Below the pieces are notes generated by a model. It was not told the DNA's origin. It ran no database searches and saw nothing but the letters and a program-made list of their open reading frames with translations. Shown one piece after another: positions 1 to 19,218 of a stretch of DNA of 64,000 nt (positions are counted from its first letter, which is position 1; each line of letters begins with the position of its first letter). The DNA is taken from assembly GCF_009914755.1 (NCBI RefSeq), contig NC_060939.1. One strand, given 5' to 3'. Source of the stretch: the human T2T-CHM13v2.0 reference genome, Homo sapiens. The position numbers and the translations under genes are program-made.

Positions 1-1500
1 TGTAGGATTAGGGTTGAGGATTGACTGGGAAAGGGAACAAGATAACTGCTGCCTTAGTGGTTATATGAGTGTATATTTTTGTCAAAACACATCAAACTAC
101 GTCCTTAGAATTGGTGCATTTTTTTCTATGCAAATCATAGTTCAATTGCATTATGGATTTTTTAATTATAAAAGAAAACTAAATAGCTAGAATTAAATTT
201 AAAACATTCACAAAACCATACAAAAAAGCTGTGCATTCATTGCAGCGAATTAAGAAAAATAAATAAATATAGCAAACTCATATTGTGTAAATCTGTGACA
301 CAAAAACAAACAATTCTCTACAAACTAAAGAATAGATTTAATTCATTCACAATGAAAATCCTAAGAGAGATTTGTTTATTATGTTTACAGATTCATCCTA
401 AAATTTACGTAGAAATTTAAACAACCAAGAATAAGGCAAATCTTAAAGAAAGAAAAAAGCTAGAATACCAGCAATTCAGGCTTATTATGCAGCTATTCCA
501 ATTAAAACAGTGTATTCTAACTTAAAAGCAGACTGATAGGCCAATGTAACAGAACAAAGAGTCCTGATCCACAAGTACTGTAGTCTGATTCATGTCAAGA
601 CTAACATTACTGAGTACAGAATTTTTTGATTAATAAATGGCTTTGGGATTATTGTATACTCATATATAAACAAAGTAAATCTTGATCTCTTTTCACTGTA
701 AACACAAATTTAGTTGCAGAGGGATCGCAGATGTAAACATAAAAGATAAAACAACTAAAGGAAAAATTAGAACATCTTTATGATCTTTAAGTAGGTAAAA
801 ATAAAATCTAGTCTAATCTAAAAGAAAAAAAAGGACAAATTGGACCATATTAAAATTAAGAACTTTTCTTCTTCAAAACACAACCCTAAAAGAGTAAAAA
901 TATAAAATACAGAATGTTAGAGGATATTTATAATACACCCAATGAAAAATTCATACCTAGAATGTGCAAAAAAAATCCTTTAAAAATAAGGGCAATATGA
1001 ACAATTCATTTAAAAATTGTTAAGAAATTTTAAGATGTACTTGTTATAAAAGTATATTCCAACTGACAATGAACATATGAAACAATGTTAATGCTTACCA
1101 TTATGTGCCACCAGAATGCCTAAGGATAAAAAGTCAGAAATATCAAAACTTGGTACAGAGGTGGAGTTAACTAGAACTCCTATAACACTGATGGTGGGAG
1201 TGTAAGTGGGTACAAACAACTTATTTGGAAACTGCTCGGCAGTGTCTACTAAAGCTGAAAGAATAAATCACGTGGCCCAGCATTTTACTTTTAGGCATAT
1301 ATATCCAACAAAAATGTCTTCATATTTCACCAATATATTTGTATCAAAATTGTCATACTGTCACAATAATCTTCTTAAACGAGCTAGCAATAATCTTCTT
1401 AAACTGGATGGTGTATATGGGCATGCCTATTCAGGTATGTTCAGTTGGAAAAATTCATCAATATGTAAAAGTATGATTTGTATACTTTCCTTTATATATG
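1..1500 (+). mobile_element. Highly degenerate old L1M (L1ME-like) fragments: ORF2 3' part and 3'UTR
   Basis: A-rich + strand with degenerate L1 ORF2 motifs (gattcatcctaaaatttac, ggaccatattaaaattaagaactt, ctgatggtgggagtgtaagtgggtacaaac); no intact ORF. Confidence 0.75.
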
Positions 1501-1959
1501 AGGTACTTTGATTACAAGTTTATAAAAATAAAAATTTAGGGAAAACTGCATTTCTAACAAAATCAAAATTCATTGTTCTCAGCTTTGGCAACGCAGCTCA
1601 AATTCTGAAATAATAGAAAATGTTCTTGCTATACAAGCTATAAATACACTTAGAATTCCTAATCCTGTATTCTTGTATGCATAAAGGCAACAGATTCTGG
1701 CATAGCACCATATTAGAATTTATGCTATTTAAAGTTAGAACAAATCATTGCAATATTTTCCATAAAACTACTTTGAATGTTCTGGCTCTGAGAATAATTG
1801 GAAAAGCATGTTATTTACCAACTCATGTGAGGAAATGAGGAAGCTAAGTAAAATGAAGTGTTCTGTAACCAATACTTCAGTTCCATTAAGATTTCATAGG
1901 GTCTGGGCAAGAAAAAGGATACTAGGACTTTGAGCAAGATACTAACCATGTTGGAAGAG

Positions 1960-2234
1960 TTTATTTCTTTTGAGGCTTCTCTCCTTGGCTTGTAGATGAC
2001 TGTCTTTTCCCTGTGTCTTCACATGGTCTTCCCTCTGTATATGTCTGTGTCCTAGTACTAACTTCTTCTTCTTACTAGGAGAGCAGTCATATTGGACTAG
2101 GGCTTACACTAAGAACTTCCTTTGACTTTGATTACTTTCTTAAAGTCAGAATCTCCACATACACTCACATTGTTAGGTACTAGGGTCTAACTTCAACATA
2201 TGAATTTTGTGGGGACATAGTTCCACCCATAACA
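1960..2234. mobile_element. MLT1 (A/B/C-type) MaLR LTR fragment
   Basis: Typical MLT1 text: ctccttggcttgtagatg...gtcttcacatggtcttccctctgt...ttcaacatatgaattttgtggggacatagttccacccataaca. Confidence 0.8.
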
Positions 2235-2409
2235 CCAACTAATTTGAAGACTGTTGCAGTACTCTTCATTTCATACCCAAGAACTATTAAAAAAAGCACC
2301 TCCCACTTTCATGCTAACAGCACCCAATTCTTCTATGTACCAATTATTCCTGGGCTTTCTGGTTCCTTCCAAGACCTAGGATATGAATAATCTAGGCCAA
2401 CTATTATCA

Positions 2410-2878
2410 TATCACTTCCCTTTCCACTCTAGTCATGGACAAGTGATATAGCCCTGGCCTATGAGATATACAGGAACTGCATATAGGGAGCACCTTAGAA
2501 AGCATATAGGGAGCATATAGAACTGCATATAGGGAGCATCTGCATTTTAAATACAGAGAGAATGCAGGAACTAGTCTAATATATGACTGCAGATTCTGTT
2601 GCATGAGGATTCGAAGCTGGGAGTTAAGGAGATATCTTGCCACTTTGAAGGTAACGTTTCATACACTCTAATAAAGCTTAGGGAAGAATGGGGAAAAGCC
2701 AAGGAAATCTCAGTGAAAAAGCTGATGTGTAACTGTGACAATAGGGAGTTGTTGAAGTAACCTCGTAATTGTCTTGCCCTGACTTCTTGTTGAAAAAAAA
2801 ATGAATATAGTCTTCTCTGTCAAACTAATCTTAGTTGGATAATCTATTTCTTGCAGTCAAAGACATCTTAATTGATAA
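2410..2878. mobile_element. Old MLT1 (H/I/J-type) LTR remnant
   Basis: Terminal motif ttcttgcagtcaaagacatcttaattgata and internal tctggcc..tgagat-like motif; strongly diverged. Confidence 0.5.
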
Positions 2879-4149
2879 AAGGATAATATAATCTGTACTT
2901 TGAGAGTATTTCTATTGCTCATTTCACAATTATTCTGTGGGAAATGGAAGAAGGGAATTGTTTCTTTTCTTTTCACACAGCTGCTGAAAAAGCCTAGACA
3001 CTTCACTACAGTTGGAAATAAGACATCACACCTACATTGTTTTCCAGCAGTATAATTTTACATGGAATAAAAAGTTCATGCTTAGGGAAAGGAATTTGTC
3101 TAAAAAGTGCTTACAGTTGTTCTGTTATGTTCTTATCTTTGTCCCAGCCTACCTCCTGAAAGCTTTGGTTATTAATTTTAGACTTGTCGGCATTGACGAG
3201 ATGACTTAGGGAAGTTCCTAATGCCTGGCCTTGTCCAATGTTGTGAAACCAATAAAAATCTCCTAGGTTTTCATTCTTTACACTAATGCCAACAAATTTC
3301 ATTCCAACAGACATCTCTTACAAGAGGCGAACTTCCAGGTTTCTCTGTCAGATCACTCATGCATATAATTTATGTGAAATCACCTCCCACATTAAGTGCT
3401 AAATAAAAGTCACTTTATACTTCAAGAAGTGTCCCTAACAACTTTAAGATCCGCAGAAGATCTGTCATAAATGCCATGCAAATCTGGATTCTCTCTCGCT
3501 AGGTAGAGGGTTCTACTTCTTCGTTGCTTCCAATTTCTTTCCAGTGCTTTGCTCATATTCAATTTCATACTGAAGATTAACATCAAGGCAAGTATTTGAA
3601 AACTTATTTGGCTTCAACTTATATTCATCTGATATAGATTGATGAGATGACATTTTATGTTTCCTGAGGGCTATGAGTGTTCTTCTAGTCACTCAATCTA
3701 ACAATTACTGGATTGGTTTTTTAGAATAAACGTAGATAGATTTCAGCGAAAGGAGGCTACTCTGTCATCAAACTTCAAATAAGGTAGCTGGCACTATATA
3801 TTATACTTCTACTTTCAAAATTGTTTCTAAAAATGTGAAGAAAAAATGGCATCTAAATAAATCCATGTGAAAGTCATCAGGTTGTTTATGCTCAGTCATT
3901 GATCTTCAACAGATTTAAGATTATTGGTGTCAGGTGAGACTGCTAGTTAAAATCAGAATTGCCAATGCCCATTTCAACAATCTCTCAGTTATCTTCTGCA
4001 TCTATTTTGCTTCTTATGAACTTTGGCACTGACATATTCATTTGATTAGGTGGCACATCCAAGCCAAGTTTTTACTGAGATTAATGATTAACCATGTAAC
4101 ATGTGTTTCTGGAACAAACGTTGAGACTGAGAATCTGTTAAAGAGTTTG

Positions 4150-4499
4150 GGGGAATTATCATATACCTATATGAAAGCTAGAATGGAGAGAATCCGACCT
4201 GCAATGAGGTTGCACCAAAGACCTCAATAGAGCCTACAGATTGAGGGAAATGTCACTCTAGAACTGCAATAGCATTATGGAGTTGTCTTAAATAGAGGGG
4301 TTGGGGACTCACGCTTCTATATCCATTCACAAACCAATTATTGGCTGCCAGACACTCCCAGGAGGGAAAGAGTATAATCTCAGGACAACTACTTCCTTGT
4401 TGCTGAGGGCAATTCCCAGTGAGTGAAGCAGCAACCATTCACAGTAGCTAGCAGATGAGTGCTTCACTCCAGAAAGAAAATATGGACAGAATACAGCTC

Positions 4500-4500
<1 letters not shown>
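4150..4500 (-). mobile_element. MLT1F/G-type LTR adjoining the internal region
   Basis: gctgagggcaattcccagtgag...cagcaaccattcacagtagct resembles MLT1F-class LTR; boundaries approximate. Confidence 0.55.
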
Positions 4501-7160
<2,660 letters not shown>

Positions 7161-8878
7161 CAGCACTTGTATCAATATTGCCCAAGACTTTTTAAAATGC
7201 CCTATGTTTTTAATGCTACATTATAAAATCTTTTTAAAATTAAAACATCTGTGAATAAGAATAGGAAAAAATATTTAAATGCAGATGTGGAATGGCCAGA
7301 TAAATTACTTGTTTTGGTAAATAACTCACCAACAGTAACAAACTCATGGGATGGTCCACTCAACAACATAAACTTATCAAGTGTGGTGACAGTGTCAGAG
7401 AGATACCCTTGAATCATTAAAACTGTGAACATTAAATAAGCAAAGTCAAGAGCTTACAGCTGAAGTGCTGGTAGAGTATGTATATTTCTTGAGTGAATAT
7501 CTAGTTTCCATTCAGTCAACTGCCATGTCTTACTTTGTTTTAATTTCTTTGACAAATTAAAAAGCTGAGCACTCTTGCACTGCCAGGGGAGCTATTTTGG
7601 CTGATAACAGAGGGCATTTTTCTAGGCATCTATTAAAATTTACCAGAAAGAAAACTGCCTAATTGGACTACGATTAATACTGTGCTATATTATATTTATT
7701 CATACTCTGGGAAAAAATTTAAAAGGTCAGAAAAATAAAAACAACAAAGAAATCACAACAACAACCAAGTATGTTCAAATGCTTAGAGGCAAATAGTATG
7801 ATTGAGAATCGTAAATTCTTCCAGGTCAAGAAACTATGAGAGCCAAGTGTGTCTGGGGAAATGAACATTGATACAGGTGAAGTACAAAAGAAAGTGGCAA
7901 ACAAGGCCTGATTCAGGAAAGAAAAGACTTTCATCATGTTGGGCAAGGATAAATCAGTCATAATTATCTATAATTTATTATTGTCCTGTTACTTAACTCT
8001 GAAAGTAAGACTATTTGCTAATGACATTTTAAAATTGAGATAAAAGTTAGTTGCAATAAAATTTACCCTTTAGTATATGGTTCTATAAGTTTTGACAAGT
8101 GTATACAGTCGGGTAACTAGCATTAAAATCAAGATATAGACCATTTCCATCACTCCCCAAATTTTCTTCATGCCCATTAACAGTTAACCCTTGCCTCGAC
8201 CAGTAGCCCATGGCATTCACTAATCTCTTTTGGTACCTATATGTTTGCCTTTTCTAGAATGTTACATAAATGGAATCATAAATGGTTTTATTCATGTTCT
8301 TATTTTAGACATTCATTTATTTTATTGCTGGTAAGTATTCCACTGTACAAATGTACCATCATTTGCTCATTCATTCACCAGTTGAAAGACGTTTGAGTTG
8401 TTTCCAGTTTGGAGTGAATATAAATAAAATTGTCATATATATTTAAGTGCAGATGTCTCTGTGAACATAAGTTTTCATTTCACTTGGATAAATACCTAGG
8501 AGTGAAATTACTGGAAAGTATGGCAAATGTATATTTAACTTATTAAATTTCTAAACTCTGTTCCCAAAGTTATTTTACCATTTTTTCAATCCCACCAACA
8601 ATGCATAAATTCCAGTTGCTCCTCATCTTCACCAGCATTTAGTCTGGTCAGTTTTCTTTCCTTTTTTTCTTTAGCTATTGGAAAAGTTAATGAGTGGTTT
8701 GTTAAGAATGTTGAGAATAATTTCTTGCCCTTATTTGGACATTTGTATATCTTCCCTCATGATGTCTTTTCAAAAATTTCTTCACTATTTTAAATTCTGT
8801 TCTTTTATTACTATTAAGATTTGGAGGTCTTTATATATTCTGGATACAAATTCATTCATTATGAGATATATAATTTGC

Positions 8879-10606
8879 TGAAGCTGAGAATCAAATCAAG
8901 AATTCAACCCCTTTTACAATAGCTGAAAAAAATACTTAGGAATATATCTAATGAAGGAGGTAAAAGATCTCTACAAGGAAAACTACAAAACACTGTTGAA
9001 AGAAATCATAGCTGATACAAACAAATGGAAACACATCCCATGCTCATGGATGGGTAGAATCAATATTGTGAAAATGACAATACTGCCAAAAGCAATCTAC
9101 AAATTCAATGCAATTCCTATCAAAATACCACCATCTTTCTTCACAGTACTAGAAAAAACAAGCCTAAAATTCATAAGGAACCAAAGAAGAGCCCGCATAG
9201 CCAAAGCGAGACTAAGCAAAAAGAACAAATCTAAAAGCATCACATTACCTGATTTCAAACTACATTATAAGGCCGTAGTCACCAAAACAGCATGGTCCTG
9301 GTATAAAAATAGGCACATAGACCAATGGAACAGAATAGAGAACCCAGAAATAAACCCAAATACTTGCAGCCAACTGATCTTTGACAAAGCAAACAGAAAC
9401 ATAAAGTGAAGAAAGAACACGCTATTCAACAAATGGTGCTGGGATAATCGGCAAGCCACATGTAGGAGAATGAAACTGGATGCTCATCTCTCAGCTTATA
9501 AAAAATCAACTCAAGATGGATCAAGAATTTAAATCTATGCCCTGAAACTATAAAAATTCTAGAAGATAACATCAAAAAACCCTTCTAGACATTGGCTTAG
9601 GCAAGGATTTCATGACCAAGAACCCAAAAGCAAATGCAATAAAAACAAAGATAAATAGCTGGGACTTAATTAAACTAAAGAGATTTTGCAGGGCAAAAGG
9701 AACAGTCAGCAGAGTAAAGAGACAACCCACAGAGTGGAAGAAAATCTTCATAATCTATACATCTATATATGTAGATGTATATATATATATGTTGAGCACA
9801 TGAATCTACATATATATGTTGAGTATATGAAAACATGCTCAACATCACTAATGATCAGGGAAATGCAAATCAAAACCACAGTGCAATACCACCTTATTCC
9901 TGCAAGAATAGCCATAATCAAAAAATCAAAAAATAATAGATGTTGGTGTGAGTGGGGTGAACAGGGAACACTCTACTACACTGATGGTGGGAATGTAAAC
10001 TAGTACAACCACTATGGAGAACGGTGTGGAGATTCCTTAAAGAACTAAAAGTAGAACTACCATTTGATCCAGCAATCCCACTACTGGGTGTCTACCAAGA
10101 GGAAAATAAGTCATTATACGAAAAAGATACTTGCACATGCATGTTTACAGCAGCACAATTTGCAATTGCAAAAATGTGGAACCCACCCAAATGACCATCA
10201 ATCAAGGAGTGGATAAAGAAACTGTGGTACATACGCATATAGAATACTACTCAGCTATGAAAACAACTTAATTAATGGCATTTGCAGCAACCTGGATGGT
10301 ATTAGAGACTATTAATCTAAGTGAAGTAACTCAGGAATGGAAAACCAAACATTGTATGTTCTCAATCATAAGTGGGAGCTAAGCTATGAGGATGCAAAGG
10401 CATAAGAATGACACAATAGACTTTGGGAACTCAGTGGGAAAGGGTGGGAAGGGGTTGAGGCATGAAAGACTACAAATCAGGTTCAGTGTATACTGCTCGG
10501 GTGATAGGTGCACCAAAGTTTCACAAATCACCACTAATGAACTTACTCGTGTAACCAAATACTACCTGTTCCCCAAAAACCTATGGAAATTAAAAAAAAA
10601 AAAAAG
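8879..10606 (+). mobile_element. 5'-truncated L1PB1-like element
   Basis: ORF2 C-terminal peptide (8951-9409, [18 protein letters not shown]...); L1PB 3'UTR (ggatgcaaaggcataagaatga, aaatcaccactaatgaactta); poly(A); approximate TSD agatatataatttgc / aaatatatgatttgc. Confidence 0.9.
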
Positions 10607-13600
10607 AAATATATGATTTGCAAATATTTTCTACCAGTTTGTGGTTTGTCTCTTTATTCTCTTCACATTGTCTTACAAGAGCAGTTCTCCATTTTGATGG
10701 AATTCAACACAGCCAGTTTTCTTTTATGGAACATGCTCTTGGTATTGTTTCTCATAAATCTTTCCCTTTTCCAAAATTTCAGATAGTTTCTTCAATATAA
10801 TATTTTAGACTTTATTTTTAGGTTTAATATTTATACCTATTACCTATGTTTAGTTAATATTTGTATATAATTTAAGGTATAGAGTGAAGTTTGTTTTAAT
10901 TTAATAAAAATATAATTATTCTAATGCCATTTGTTGAAGAGAGTGTACTTTATCCATTGATTTGCCTTTGCACCATTGTTAAAAATCAATCAACTGAAAA
11001 AGTGTGGGTCTATCTCTGAATTGTCTATTTTGTTCCATCGATCTATCTATCTATCTTTTCAACAAAACCCCACACATTCTTGATTAGAGTAGCTTTATAG
11101 TTAATCTTGAAATAAGCAAACTTCTACTTTGATCTTTATCAAAATTATTTTTTCTATTCCAGCTCCTCATCTTTTCACATAAACTTCAGAACTAGCTTGC
11201 CAATTTCTATTCAAAAGACGACTAGGATTTATATAGAAATTTTACTGAATTAAAGATCAGTTTGGAAATAGTTTCTCTCTTAAACTATTGAATCTTCTAA
11301 TCTATAAACATGATATAGCTCTCCATTTTGTATATCTTGTTTCCTTTCATCACTGTTTTGTAGTGTCAGCATACAAATTGTTTATTATTTTGTTAGATGT
11401 ATACATAAATACTTTATATTTTTGGTACAGTTGTGGATTGCATTTTTTAAAAATGTTGAGTATCAATTGTCCCCTGCCAGTATATAGAGATGCTATGGAA
11501 TTTTGTTGCTATTGATACTATCAAATTTTATTGACTCATTTGAACATTGACTTTGCATGCTACAACTTTACTAAGCTCATATTCGTTTTAATACTGTTTT
11601 GTAGATTATTTGTGTTTTTTATGCAGAGAATTATGTTGTGTGCAAATAGAGACAGTATTATTTTATCCTTACTGAAATCTATGCTTTGTATTTATTTTCC
11701 ATGCATGATTACATTGTTTAGAATACAGTATAGTGTTAAATAGAAGTGATGAAAATGGGCATGCTTGCCTTATTTCTTGAAGGGAGAAAGCATTTGGTTT
11801 TTTACTAATAAGATATTAGCTAGAGACTGAGCTGAATTTTGTTTGTTTTGGTAGATACTCTTTTTCAAGTTAAGGAAAACTTCTATTTCTTATTTTCTAT
11901 ATCTACTAATATTATCATTGTTTTCTTTAGTCTATTGAAGTGGTAAATTACATTTTTTGAATGTGGAAGCAGCCTTTTATTTCCAAAATAAATCTCACTT
12001 GTTCAAAATATATTATAAATTTTACGTATTACTGAATTTGATTTGGTAATATGAAATATTTTATGGATTTGTATAATATTTTATGGAGTATTTTTTGTGT
12101 TTGTATTCATGATAATTACTGATATCTTTTCTTGAAATATCTTTGCCTAGTTTTGGTATAGGGTAATTCCGGCTTTATTAAAAGATTGTAAAGTGTATCA
12201 TACTCCTTATTTTCTGGAGGAGTTCGTGTTACTTAAAAAGCTTAATAACTCATATTATTTTGTCAGTGAAACTATCTGGATCAGGAGTTTTCTTACTTAG
12301 CATGTATTAAAATACAAACTAAATTATTTTAATAGATAATGGACTATTTAGCTATCTCTTTATTCTTTAGTAACGATCAGTTCTTTATGTCTTTGAAGAA
12401 AATAATCTTGCATATTCTAGTTGCCAAATGTATGGTCATAAAGTTGTCCTTAATATCTCCTAATTACCCTCTTAATGTTTGTGGAAATATAGTTAAATGT
12501 TTATTCCACTGATCTATTCAAATAAGTAGCTTTTTGCTTTGTATAATTTTTTTCTATTTTTTAAAGCCTCCCATTTCTTTTAGTTTTTGCTTATATTCAT
12601 ATTTTGCTTCTGCATACTTTGTTTTTTCACTTATTCTTCAAATTTGAGTTCCTTAACATGAAAGATTAGATTGGGTTTTTCTTTTTTAAAAAATAAGACT
12701 TTATTTTGTAGAACAGTTTGAAAATCACAGTAAATTTGAACAGAATGTGCATGTACTCCCTGCCCCCTACATGCATAGCCTCATTATCAACATTCCCACC
12801 CAAGTGGTTCATTTGTTATAATTAATGAACCTACAATGACACAAATTATCACCCAAAAGTCCATAGCTCACATTAGTTTTGTGTTGTACATTCCAAAGAT
12901 TTGGACAAATTTGTAATTAAATGTAACCACCATTATCATATCATAGTAAGTAGTTTCACTGCCCTAAAAATCCTCTGTGCTATGCCTATGCATGCTTCTC
13001 TTCCTACATCCCTGGAAAACACTGATCTTTTTATTGTCTTAATAGTTTTGCATTTTCCAGAATGTCATGTAGTTGAAATCACACAATACGTAGACTTTTT
13101 CAGATTAGTTTCTTCCTCTTAGTATTGAGTAAATTACTCAAGAACCCTCCATGCCTTTTCATAGCTCAATAGCTCACATCTGAGCTAATTATAAATAGCT
13201 CAATTGTCTGAGCTGAATTGAATGTACCACAACTGCCTGAACGTACCAATTGTCTGAATGTATCACAGTTTATTTATTTACTTACTGAAGAATATTTTTG
13301 TGTATTCCAAGTTTTGGCAATTGTGAATAATGTTGCTGTAAACATCTGTGTGCAGGTTTTGGTGTGAGCCTAAGTTTTCTGCTCCTTTATGTATATACCA
13401 AGGAATGCAATCATTGGAAAATATGGTGAGTGTATATTGAGTTTTGTAAGATACTGCCAGACTGTCTTCCACATGTAACATTTTATATTTGTATTAGCAA
13501 TGAAAAAAAGTTCCTGTTGCTCCACAACCTCTCCAGCATTTGTTGTCATCAGTGTTCTGGATTTGGTTTATTCTATTAGGGGTGTAATAGTATCTCATTG

Positions 13601-14319
13601 TTTTTTTAATTTTCATTTTTCCAATAACATATGATATAAAGCATCTTTTCACATGCTTATCTGCCATCTGTATATCATCTTTGGTGAGGTGTCTGTTAAG
13701 GTCTTTGGCCTATCTTTTAAGTGAGTTATTTTCTTATTGTTGATTTAAGAAAGTTATTGGTATATTTTGGATAACAGTACTTGATCAGATATGTGTTTTG
13801 CAAATATTTCTTCCCAGGCTATATCTTGTCTTTTTATTATTCTCAAAGTATCTTTTACAGAGCAGAAATTTTAAAATTTTAATGAAGTCTAGCTTACCAA
13901 TTCTTTCTTACATGAATCATGTCTTTGATATTGGATCTAAAAAGCCACTGTTAAACCCAAGATTATCTACATTTTTTCCTATTTTACCTTCTATGAGTTT
14001 TATAATTTTGCATTTAACATTTAGGTCTATGATCTATTTTGGGTTAATTATTGTGAAGTGTGTAAGATCTGTGAGTCACTATTTCTTTTTGTTTTGTTTT
14101 GTTTTTTAATTATTATTATACTTTAAGTTTTAGGGTACATGTGCACAATGTGCAGGTTTGTTACATATGTATACATGTGCCATGTTGGTGTGCTGCACCC
14201 ATTAACTCATCATTTAGCATTAGGTATATCTTCTAATGCTATCCCTCCCCCCGCCCCCCACCCCACAACAGTCCCCGGAGTGTGATGTTCCCCTTCCTGT
14301 GTCCATGTGTTCTCATTGT

Positions 14320-18140
<3,821 letters not shown>

Positions 18141-18203
18141 TATGATGTTAGCTGATTATTTTGCTCGTTAGTTGATGCAGTTTCTTCCTAGCCTTGATGG
18201 TCT

Positions 18204-19218
18204 TTACATTTTGGCATGTTTTTGCAGTGGCTGGTACTGGTTGTTCCTTTCCATGTTTAGTGCTTCCTTCAGGAGCTCTTTTAGGGCAGGCCTGGTGGTG
18301 ACAAAATCTCTCAGCATTTGCTTGTCTGTAAAGTATTTTATTTCTCCTTCACTTATGAAGCTTAGTTTGGCTGGATATGAAATTCTGGGTTGAAAATTCT
18401 TTTCTTTAAGAATGTTGAATATTGGTCCCCACTCTCTTCTGGCTTGTAGAGTTTCTGCCGAGAGATCCGCTGTTAGTCTGATGGGCTTCCCTTTGTGGGT
18501 AACCCGAGCTTTCTCTCTGGCTGCCCTTAACATTTTTTCCTTCATTTCAACTTTGGTGAATCTGACAATTATGTGTCTTGGAGTTGCTCTTCTCGAGGAG
18601 TATCTTTGTGGCGTTCTCTGTATTCCCTGAATCTGAATGTTGGCCTGCCTTGCTAGATTGGGGAAGTTCTCCTGGACAATATCCTGCAGAGTGTTTTCCA
18701 ACTTGGTTCCATTCTCCCTGTCACTTTCAGGTACACCAATCAGACATAGATTTGGTCTTTTCACATAGTCCCATATTTCTTGGAGGCTTTGTTCATTTCT
18801 TTTTATTCTTTTTTCTCTAAACTTCCCTTCTCACTTCATTTCATTCATTTCATCTTCCATCACTGATACCCTTTCTTCCAGTTGATCGCATCAGCTCCTG
18901 AGGATTTTGCATTCTTCACGTAGTTCTCGAGCCTGGGCTTTCAGCTCCATCGGCTCCTTTAAAGACTTCTCTGTATTGGTTATTCTAGTTATCCATTCGT
19001 GTATTTTTTTTCACAGCTTTTAACTTCTTTGCCATTGGTTTGAATTTCCTCCTGTAGCTTGGAGTAGTTTGATCGTCTGAAGCCTTCTTCTCTCAACTTG
19101 TCAAAGTCATTCTCCGTCCAGCTTTGTTCCGTTGCTGGTGAGGAGCTGCGTTCCTTTGGAGGAGGAGAGGTGCTCGCTTTTTAGAGTTTCCAGTTTTTCT
19201 GCTCTGTTTTTTCCCCAT
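18204..19218 (-). pseudogene. L1 ORF1 (RNA-binding protein p40), frameshifted in its N-terminal half
   Basis: ATG GGG AAA AAA CAG at 19218; span 1015 nt (not a multiple of 3); C-terminal 186 aa open (KRPNL..IGVPE, REKA, ARREW, YPAKLS). Confidence 0.92.

Noticed and set aside
2470-2540. Short spaced repeats (gcatatagggagca x3), also 1364-1404, 21090-21131 and 58690-58731
   Set aside because: Ordinary local slippage duplications. They lack constant-length unique spacers, so they are not CRISPR-like arrays.
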